The notes under the pieces were generated by a model. It did not search any database and was not told the DNA's origin. It was given only the letters and a program-made list of their open reading frames with translations. Positions 28,941 through 36,581 of a stretch of DNA of 64,000 bases are shown here, one piece after another. The stretch is taken from NCBI GenBank assembly GCA_965213925.1, contig OZ243927.1:3616001-3680000 (forward strand). Direction: 5' to 3'. The translations under genes and the position numbers were made by a program. Positions within the stretch are counted from its first letter, which is position 1, and each line of letters opens with the position of its first letter. This stretch comes from Trueperaceae bacterium (GTDB lineage Bacteria; Deinococcota; Deinococci; Deinococcales; Trueperaceae).

Positions 28941-31900
28941 TGACCCCCACCGAGCAGTTCAAAGCGTAGATGCAACCCGCTCCGCGTATCTTCGTTAAGC
29001 CCATCAAAGCCTTCAAAGGTGTAACCGAGCGCCAGCCACAGGTCGTCGATCACCCGGAGCGAACCCTCGACGCTAAAAGCAGTCGCGCTACTGCTCGCTG
29101 CAGGCTGCCACTCGTGATAGACCGAGCCGCCCACGCCCGCGTCGTCCGTAAGGTAGTAGTGCCCGCCCAACGAGGCTAAGAAGGTGCTCCTCCGGTCGTT
29201 CCACAAGGGAACGCGGTAGGCAAAACCGGGGCGCAGTTGCCACCCTTTACTTGGGTGCAATGTCGGGGCGAGTTCACCCTCTAATTCGCTGCCTTCTTCG
29301 CCGCCTGTCTCCAAAGTGTGATAGGTCGAGAGGGTGAGGTAGCGGCTCCTGAGTGCGTAAGCGGCTGTAAATTCACCTTCCGCTTCGGAGGTGAGCTGAT
29401 AGGTCGCGTCGAAGGAGAGGACTTGCTGGTGGTCTAGTTGTCCGGACGCGCCGCCCCTAAAGGTGATCTTGAAGGGGTCGTCCTGCGCGCTGTCGTAACT
29501 CACCTCAGAGGACGCAGTGGCGACGAAGTCGCCCTTGCTGTAACGCGCGCCTGCGCCCGCGCTCGCTAAGGTGTTGCCGCCATTGAAGTCTTGGTCTACG
29601 TTCGCAGAGAGATCTAAGCTCCAGGCGTCGCTGAGCGGTAAGGGCGTCTCAATGCCGAAGCGGGCGCGGTTGCCGCGTCCGTCTGCGCCGGGGAGCTGAT
29701 AGGAAACCGAGAGGTTGCCGCGTCCTAAATCTTGGACTAGGGCGACGGTGCCGATGAGTTCGCCGCCCCAGGTGTAATTGATCCCTAAATCCGCCGCTAA
29801 GTTCTCGTCAATTTGATAGCTCACGCGGAAGTCGCTGATGGGGTCGGCGTCACCGAAGGGTTGCGTGTGGGCGAGTTGGAAGTTGGCGCGACCCGCCCGG
29901 TAGCCCACGCGGGCGACGGCGCTAAAGGTCTGCGCTTCCCACAAGTAGCCCGTCCCTAAGCCGAAGGTCAAGGCGTCAACGTCGAGTTCGTACAAGGCGT
30001 TCGTCTGGTTGCGGTCGCCACGAGCGCTGTGTTCGACCACGGCGCGTTGCCCTTCGCTGAAGCTGTAAGCGACTCTCGCTTGACCTTGGAGCGCGTCCGT
30101 ATAGTTGATGTTCGCGCTGGCGTCTAGCACACCTTGCGTCAGCGTACCTGAGACACCGAGTTGAGCGCGCAGGTCCTCGTCGTAGCGGTAGGTGACGCTA
30201 AAGCTCGAGCCCGCCCCCGCATAGTCCGCGTACGCGCCAAAGTGAACGCCCTCGAGTGAAACGAGCCCCGCGCCAAACGCCCAGTCACCGGTCTGGTAGC
30301 TCACGCCAGCGCCAGCGGCGAGCGTCTCGCGGGGGCTGTCGGTGGGCGCGTAGGTGACTTCGATGTGGGTTTCGACGCCGTTCACATCTGTCGGGAAGAG
30401 CGGCTTGGAGAGCGTGAGCGCGCCCGTCACGTCGTTCAAGGTGTAGTCCTCTAGGCGCTCCAGCACGCGCTCCTGTGCGCCCGTGCGCACCGTCACAGTC
30501 TCGCTGTTGGACCTGATCGGCGCAGTGCTCAAGGTGTAGCGCCGCGTGCCGTCAGGGATGATGGCTTCGGTGAGTTGGCCCTTCGGCAGGAGGCTAGCGA
30601 AGGCTCTGCCGACGAGGTCGCCGCCCGCGAAGTCGGTGCGCACCTCGCCCTGCAACGCAGTGCCGCTCGCCACGCCGTCTAACCCGGGCACGCCTAAGCC
30701 GTCGGCGTAGTAGCCCACGCTGAAGGTATCGTCATCGTAACGCGCCGCGACGAGGTCGTCCGAGCGCAAGGCGGGCTGCGCGTCGTTGCCGCTGCCTGTC
30801 AAGGGGAAGCGGCCGGAGGGGTCGTCTTGCTCAGCGATGTCGCCGCCCGTGTCGAGTGCGCCCTGAAGCGTGCCGCTCCCTAAAGGCATCTCGGCGTAGC
30901 CGCGCGCGACGCCGTTATAGCTCAGCTCACCCCTCGTCAGGTGCACGCTCACGCTGCCCTGGTAGAGGTAGAGCGGTTCGTCCGCGCCGCCCAAGTAGAA
31001 GGTCTCCTGCGTCTCTAGGTCGTTGAAGCGCGCGGTCAAGCTCGCCTCTTGCGCGGTGAGAACGGGCTCTAAACGGACGGTCGCCACGCCGTCCTCTAAA
31101 AGAACTTGATAGCCGGATTCGCCCGGAAAGGCGTCCGCCTCGAGCGGCTCTAAGTCCGTTTGCAGCGTCACCGCGCCGAAGCCGTTGGTCACGCCGAACT
31201 CGTCTGAGGCGCGGATTTTGAACGCAACCGGGGTGACGCCGTCCGCCTCGAGCACACTCGGCACGATCTCTAAAGCCTCCGGGTTGCCCGCGCGGAAGAC
31301 CTCGACCTGATCGCGCGCGCCGCCTAGCGCGACCTCGACCACGTTGCGACCGACCTCTAAAGGCACGCCGAAGTACTCGAGCCTCAAGGTCCCGTTTTGC
31401 TCGTCGACTACGCGCTTGCCCAGGGCGTCGTTCGCCACAGGAGCGCCGTTCAGTAAAACCTCGACTTCCGTGCTGAGCGGACCTTGAATGATGACGGTCG
31501 CCGCGTCCGTTGTGCGGTAGACCGTGCCGGGAAGAGGCTCGCGGATGAGCCCGTCGCGCTCAGTAGGGGCGGCGGTGTCTCGAGCGTCCCCGACCTCTTC
31601 AAAAGGGACCTCGCCCTCTAAGAAGAGGTCGCGGTTGCCGAACTTGAGCGTCAGCGAGGGTTCGGCTAGAGCGTCTAGGCTCTCTTGGTGGGTGAGGGTA
31701 TAGCGGAGCGCGCCCGCTCGCATGTAGGGAAGCTCCCAGTAGAGGTAGGTGAGCGTTTCGCCGCCCTCGTCGACTGTGCGCGTCAGGGGGTCGGGGGTCG
31801 GGTTGCCGCCTAGTCTTGAGGAGCCCGCCTCGTACGCCGCACCTGCCGGAACACGGTGGCGCACGAGCAACCTGCCGCCGTTCGCGTCCTCGACCTCTTG

Positions 31901-33643
31901 GAGGGTTCTGCCTTCGACTTGAACGCTGAAAGGAAGCGTCACCAAAGAGGTGCGCTCGGGCGTGAGAACGGGCTTGACGTCCAAGCGCGCGCCAGCGGGG
32001 AAGCCAGCAGGCGTCTGACCGATGAAGACCGAGGCTTGGTTGTCGAGCGTACCCGTGCGCCCCGGCGTCGCGACGAACTCGAAGGTTTTGCTCTCGTTCG
32101 CCTCCAAGGTAACGGGGATGACGAGGTCGCCCTCTAAACCCAACCCCTGCTGCGGCGACTCGCGCAGTTCGAAGGAGACGGTGCGTCCCAAGGGGTTCGT
32201 CACGCGCACGGTAAAGCGCGTCTCTTGACCCTCCAAAGCCGTCTCGGTCTCGGCACGCTTTTCGACCAGGATGAGGCGTCGCGTGAGCGTGTCAGGCGCG
32301 GCCACGTCACCCACAGAAGAGGTCAGCCGCGCCGTAAACTCGCCCGTTTCCTCCGCGCCGAAGCGCACGGAGGCTTCGTAGGTGTGCGTCACAGCGTCGC
32401 CCGCGGCTAAGGTGCCTTCGAAGAGCGGTGGCTCTAAAGGCTCCAACCACTCGGGCGGCAGGTCGCTCAAGGTGTAGGAGACGCTTTCGTCGCTGTCGTG
32501 GCTCACGGTCAGAGAGACCGTAACGACTTCGCCGGGCAAGACCTCGTCTAAGTCGAGGTCTCTGGTCAACATCACTGCAGCTTGCGCTTCGGGTTCCGGC
32601 GTCGGCTCGGGTTGCGGCGTTATAGGTTCTGGCGTCACCGGCTCTGGGTCCGGCTCGGGCTCCAGTTCCGTCCCGGTAGTCTGCTCCAAGACGTAGCGCA
32701 CCTGCCCGCCTCCAAAGCCAAAGTCGACCCGCGTCCCCTCACCTCTTGCGCCGTCCGTCTCGATGTCGACGAGCCTATACTCGCCCGGCACCTCCAGCGT
32801 GACGGTGCGTTCGCTGTAGCCTGTGATGCGGACGGGAATATCTAAAGGATTGCCCGCCGTATCCACCACCTCGGCGACGACGGGCTCAGGGTAGAGCGTC
32901 TTCGTCGCGACGGTGTTGGAGTACTGATACGCGCCTTTGGGTTGACGGAGGTAGACGGTGTAGGTACCGGCCTCGTCGAACTCCCAGACCTGCCACGCCA
33001 AGTCCTCCGAGACGGGCAAGCTGCGCTCGCTGCCGTCCGCCATGACGACCTTGGCCTCTAGCTCGCCCGCGCCGTCGCCGTCGTAGAGCGCGTAACGCGC
33101 GGGCACGCCCTCGCGGGGCAGCTTGGCTTGAAAGGCTTGCGTCCACTCGCCCCCGCGCACGTCGAAGAGTTCGACGCCTTCGGCGAAGCGGAGCGAGCTG
33201 ACGCTCGGGTCGGGTGTCGTTACGCGGATGATAAAGGCGTTTTTGCCGAGCCCGGTGAAGCGGCTGCGCAGGGTGTACGCGCCCTTCTCCAAGGTGCCTT
33301 CGAAGAGCGTTTCCCACTCGTGTTGCTCCACTTCGTAGCGCCTTTCGGCAATGGTGTCGCCATCTTCTAAAACGAACGCTCCGACGAGCGGCGTATCGCC
33401 GTAGCGTTCGTCGCCCAGCTCCTCGCGCCCGTCCAAGGCGGCGCGGTAGTCGTCCGGGTCGAAGCCGGGGGAGTAGATTTCGAGCTTCACCGGGCTGTCC
33501 TGACCGAGCGAGAGCGTCATCACGACCTCTTCGATTTCCCAGCCCAAAGCGTCGCCGGGCACGATGCCTTTGACCGTGTTGTTACTCTCATCAGCGAGCG
33601 CGAAAGAAGCAAATAAGGTCAGAAATAGATATAAGTACTTCAC
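28937..33643 (-). CDS. Large secreted protein with Ig/DUF11-like domains and a large C-terminal outer-membrane beta-barrel (putative usher-like platform)
   Basis: Signal peptide, Pro/Glu linker, and a C-terminal region of several hundred residues of amphipathic Gly/Tyr-rich strands ending WLALGYTF...GLHLRFEL. Confidence 0.75.
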   Translation of the reverse strand: MKYLYLFLTLFASFALADESNNTVKGIVPGDALGWEIEEVVMTLSLGQDSPVKLEIYSPGFDPDDYRAALDGREELGDERYGDTPLVGAFVLEDGDTIAERRYEVEQHEWETLFEGTLEKGAYTLRSRFTGLGKNAFIIRVTTPDPSVSSLRFAEGVELFDVRGGEWTQAFQAKLPREGVPARYALYDGDGAGELEAKVVMADGSERSLPVSEDLAWQVWEFDEAGTYTVYLRQPKGAYQYSNTVATKTLYPEPVVAEVVDTAGNPLDIPVRITGYSERTVTLEVPGEYRLVDIETDGARGEGTRVDFGFGGGQVRYVLEQTTGTELEPEPDPEPVTPEPITPQPEPTPEPEAQAAVMLTRDLDLDEVLPGEVVTVSLTVSHDSDESVSYTLSDLPPEWLEPLEPPLFEGTLAAGDAVTHTYEASVRFGAEETGEFTARLTSSVGDVAAPDTLTRRLILVEKRAETETALEGQETRFTVRVTNPLGRTVSFELRESPQQGLGLEGDLVIPVTLEANESKTFEFVATPGRTGTLDNQASVFIGQTPAGFPAGARLDVKPVLTPERTSLVTLPFSVQVEGRTLQEVEDANGGRLLVRHRVPAGAAYEAGSSRLGGNPTPDPLTRTVDEGGETLTYLYWELPYMRAGALRYTLTHQESLDALAEPSLTLKFGNRDLFLEGEVPFEEVGDARDTAAPTERDGLIREPLPGTVYRTTDAATVIIQGPLSTEVEVLLNGAPVANDALGKRVVDEQNGTLRLEYFGVPLEVGRNVVEVALGGARDQVEVFRAGNPEALEIVPSVLEADGVTPVAFKIRASDEFGVTNGFGAVTLQTDLEPLEADAFPGESGYQVLLEDGVATVRLEPVLTAQEASLTARFNDLETQETFYLGGADEPLYLYQGSVSVHLTRGELSYNGVARGYAEMPLGSGTLQGALDTGGDIAEQDDPSGRFPLTGSGNDAQPALRSDDLVAARYDDDTFSVGYYADGLGVPGLDGVASGTALQGEVRTDFAGGDLVGRAFASLLPKGQLTEAIIPDGTRRYTLSTAPIRSNSETVTVRTGAQERVLERLEDYTLNDVTGALTLSKPLFPTDVNGVETHIEVTYAPTDSPRETLAAGAGVSYQTGDWAFGAGLVSLEGVHFGAYADYAGAGSSFSVTYRYDEDLRAQLGVSGTLTQGVLDASANINYTDALQGQARVAYSFSEGQRAVVEHSARGDRNQTNALYELDVDALTFGLGTGYLWEAQTFSAVARVGYRAGRANFQLAHTQPFGDADPISDFRVSYQIDENLAADLGINYTWGGELIGTVALVQDLGRGNLSVSYQLPGADGRGNRARFGIETPLPLSDAWSLDLSANVDQDFNGGNTLASAGAGARYSKGDFVATASSEVSYDSAQDDPFKITFRGGASGQLDHQQVLSFDATYQLTSEAEGEFTAAYALRSRYLTLSTYHTLETGGEEGSELEGELAPTLHPSKGWQLRPGFAYRVPLWNDRRSTFLASLGGHYYLTDDAGVGGSVYHEWQPAASSSATAFSVEGSLRVIDDLWLALGYTFEGFDGLNEDTRSGLHLRFELLGGGQ

Positions 33644-36456
33644 GGGTATCTCCAGCGGGCGTCAGGGTCAGTGAGACCGATAGGGGCGTTTAGGTCATAC
33701 GTCAGCGTTTGCTCGCCCTCGAACGCCTCGAAGGTGAAGCGGCGCGGAGCCGCGCCGGGGACGGGGTCGCTGACGACCAGCTCGGGGAGGGGCTCGGGGC
33801 TCGAGAGGGTTAGCACCACGCGCACCCCTTCGCCCCCGTCCGGCTGGGGCAGCGCGATGAGGCGCTTCTCCACGCTGAGCGGTCCGAAGCGCAAGGTCGT
33901 CTGCCGGTAGGCGCGAATCGTCCCCGCTGGCGCAACTAGGGGAAAGTCGCTCACCGTCAGCCCTTGTAAGACCGCGCGGTGCTGGTAGCCCTCCCTCAAC
34001 CCTTCGGGATGCGGCAGCGGCGCAAAGGGCGCGGACGCCGCGTCCAGCGTCACGGACCACGCGCCCGGCGTGAGGTCGCGGAAGGTGTAGCGCCCCTCGG
34101 CGTCGGTCAGCGTCTGCCAACCGTTCGGGAGCAGCACCCGTGCGCCGGGCAGGGGAACGTCGAGGCCGCGCTCGTACGCGCAGTTCTGATTGACGTCTAA
34201 GTAGACGCGCCCGCTCAAGAGGGCGTCGGGGCGACCTAAGACGCGCTCGTCTAACGCGACGTCCACTTGCACCTCGTCGCTCACCACGACAACGCCTGAA
34301 ACCGCACCGTCGCCGAACGTGCCGCGGGCGTACGCCGTATTGCGCAGCGGGCTGCTCGCGCCGGGCTGCACGCTGAGGGCGTACGACACGCTCACGCGGT
34401 CGCGCCCGTCCGCGCTGCCTTTAGGCTCTAAAAGGAAGTCCGGCTCATTCGTCAAGTCCCACACCAGTTCGTCGCCGCGCGCTTGAGGTTCGGTGGCACT
34501 TTCGTTCGCGCCGCTTTTCACGACCGCGCTGCCCGCCACGTACGCCGTGCGCTCAGGTGGGGTGTCGATGAGGGTCAGCTCGAGCGCCACGTCGTTCGGG
34601 TTCGAGACCGTGACCGTGTAGTGCAGCGTGTCGCCGATACGCACGACCTCTTCTTCCACCGTCTTTTCGATGTTGAGGCTCAGGAGGGGAAAGGCGTGCG
34701 TGACCTCGTTCGAAGCCTTAGGCTCGGGCAACTCCTGCGCCGCCACGCGGAAGCGGTTACGCAACACAAAGCGCGCGCTGTCAGGCACATCTTCGGGCAT
34801 CTTCACGCCGAGCGTGAACGTCACGCTTTCGCCCGCGCCCAATTGCGAAACGCGCCAGGTCACGGTGCGCGTGTCCGCGTCGTACGTGCCTCCGTCCGAC
34901 GCGGACACGAAGGTCGGCGCAGGCACGCCCAGCGCGCTCCCTCCGTCCACATTTTCGAAGCCCTGCAAGGTGTCGCTGACGCGCACGTCATTTAGGTCGA
35001 AGTCGTGGTCGTTCGTCACGCTGAGCGTGTAGGTGAGCAACTCCCCTTCTCCGACCGACCCCTCCGGCTCGGCGCGTTTGACGAGGTCCAGTTCGGGACC
35101 CGCCGCGACGACCTCGTCTACGCGGTCGTAGGTGAGGTTCGTCCTGCCCGTCTGCGAAGTCGCCGTGAGGGTGACGGTGAAAGGCTGAACGAGGTCATTC
35201 GCCGTCACGCAGAACTGAAAGTTGCGGCGTTCGCCCGCGCGCAGCTCGAGGGTGCGCGGCAACGGCTCGCCACCTACACTTCTAAGCGTGCCCGTGACGC
35301 CCGCAGGCAAGCCGCTGAAGGAGACCTCGTAACGGTCTCGAGCGGTGCTCGCGTTCTCCAGCGTGTGCGTGAAGCAGCTCGCCTGAGCGTAGACGAGCCG
35401 CCCGGTTTGGGTGTCGTCGGCGCTGCCTTCGCCACCAGGATTCGCCCGAGGGTTGCCGCCCGGTCCTAAAAAGTGGAGGTTATCTCTAGTGACGTCGAAC
35501 TCGGCGCTGGCCTCGGCGGGTCCGCCGGGTCCGGTCGCGAAGGCGCGGTTCTGACGCGCGCCCGCCGCCGCACCAAAAGTGACGCGCAGGTCGAAGCGGA
35601 GAAAGGCCGCGCCGCCGACCGCGAGCGAATCGAGCCGCAGACGAACGCCGCGCACCGCCGCTGGCTCATTTTGCGTCCAGGTCGAGCCGTCCGAGTATTC
35701 GACCGTGCCTTGCGTCGCCGCCGCCGAGCCCGCCACAAAGGTGAGCCCGTCCAAGTTAGCGAGGTCGAAGTCGTCCGTGAGGACGGGACCGATAGAAGGC
35801 TGAGAGCCGTCATTGAGCAGGCGCACTTCGAAGCGTGCGGTGTCGCCGGGGCTCAAGGTAGGGCTCGAGACCGTCTTAAAGAGTTGCAGCGCCGAACCCT
35901 GGACGATCTGCACGAGCCCGTAGTTCTCCGCGTCCTCCTCGGCTGTCCCCTGACAGGTCGCGGCGGGCGAGAGCGTTTTATCGCCCGCCGCATCCGAGGG
36001 CGTCGCGACCTCTAGGATGAGCGCGGCGTCCGCGCCGCGCTCTAAGGTGAGCGACGAGACGGCCGTCTCGCCCGCGTCCAGGCGTCCGTTGCGGTTGACG
36101 TCCTCGTAGAGCGCGGTTTCGCTCGGCGTCCAGCCGCCTGCTCCTTGCGCTACGGACAGGTCGAAGGTGAAGCGGTCGTTACCAGCGTTCGTGAGCGTAT
36201 AGGGCAGATAGGCGCGCGCGCCCGCGCCCACGCTGACGCTTTGTCCCGGCGCGGCGGGCGTCCCGTTCGGCGTCAGATTAGGGGCGCAGACGGTCCGGAC
36301 CGTGGTGTCCACCTCGTTCGAGAGGTAGGTTTCGCCGTTCGCTTGCGCGCTCGCTTGGTTGCGGATAACCGTACCCGCGGGTGTGCCTGCGCCCCACGCG
36401 GCGGCGGCGATAAGCAGTGCCAAAATGCAGTGAATTGTCCTTTTCACGTGCGTCAT
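33640..36456 (-). CDS. Secreted multi-DUF11 protein with N-terminal GTPAGTxIxNQA segment and SdrD-B-like domain (putative base subunit)
   Basis: Signal peptide from ATG 36456, three K..D..N DUF11 repeats, SGRVYLDVNQN...TDAEGRYTF. Confidence 0.8.
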   Translation of the reverse strand: MTHVKRTIHCILALLIAAAAWGAGTPAGTVIRNQASAQANGETYLSNEVDTTVRTVCAPNLTPNGTPAAPGQSVSVGAGARAYLPYTLTNAGNDRFTFDLSVAQGAGGWTPSETALYEDVNRNGRLDAGETAVSSLTLERGADAALILEVATPSDAAGDKTLSPAATCQGTAEEDAENYGLVQIVQGSALQLFKTVSSPTLSPGDTARFEVRLLNDGSQPSIGPVLTDDFDLANLDGLTFVAGSAAATQGTVEYSDGSTWTQNEPAAVRGVRLRLDSLAVGGAAFLRFDLRVTFGAAAGARQNRAFATGPGGPAEASAEFDVTRDNLHFLGPGGNPRANPGGEGSADDTQTGRLVYAQASCFTHTLENASTARDRYEVSFSGLPAGVTGTLRSVGGEPLPRTLELRAGERRNFQFCVTANDLVQPFTVTLTATSQTGRTNLTYDRVDEVVAAGPELDLVKRAEPEGSVGEGELLTYTLSVTNDHDFDLNDVRVSDTLQGFENVDGGSALGVPAPTFVSASDGGTYDADTRTVTWRVSQLGAGESVTFTLGVKMPEDVPDSARFVLRNRFRVAAQELPEPKASNEVTHAFPLLSLNIEKTVEEEVVRIGDTLHYTVTVSNPNDVALELTLIDTPPERTAYVAGSAVVKSGANESATEPQARGDELVWDLTNEPDFLLEPKGSADGRDRVSVSYALSVQPGASSPLRNTAYARGTFGDGAVSGVVVVSDEVQVDVALDERVLGRPDALLSGRVYLDVNQNCAYERGLDVPLPGARVLLPNGWQTLTDAEGRYTFRDLTPGAWSVTLDAASAPFAPLPHPEGLREGYQHRAVLQGLTVSDFPLVAPAGTIRAYRQTTLRFGPLSVEKRLIALPQPDGGEGVRVVLTLSSPEPLPELVVSDPVPGAAPRRFTFEAFEGEQTLTYDLNAPIGLTDPDARWRYP

Positions 36457-36538
36457 GCGGTGACCTCGTCCTCGCTGATGGAGGCGGAATAGAATAGGTG
36501 CGTCATAAAAATAGGTGATAGAGGGTGCGTAAGATACT

Positions 36539-36572
36539 CCCTGCCCCGGCACGAGAGCGTACCGGGGCAGGG
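36539..36572 (-). promoter_or_regulatory. Strong intra-operon hairpin without U-tract
   Basis: Minus strand CCCTGCCCCGGTACG-ctct-CGTGCCGGGGCAGGG (15 bp including one G-U), 9 nt after the 914-aa gene stop. Confidence 0.7.
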
Positions 36573-36581
36573 CGAGAGGGT

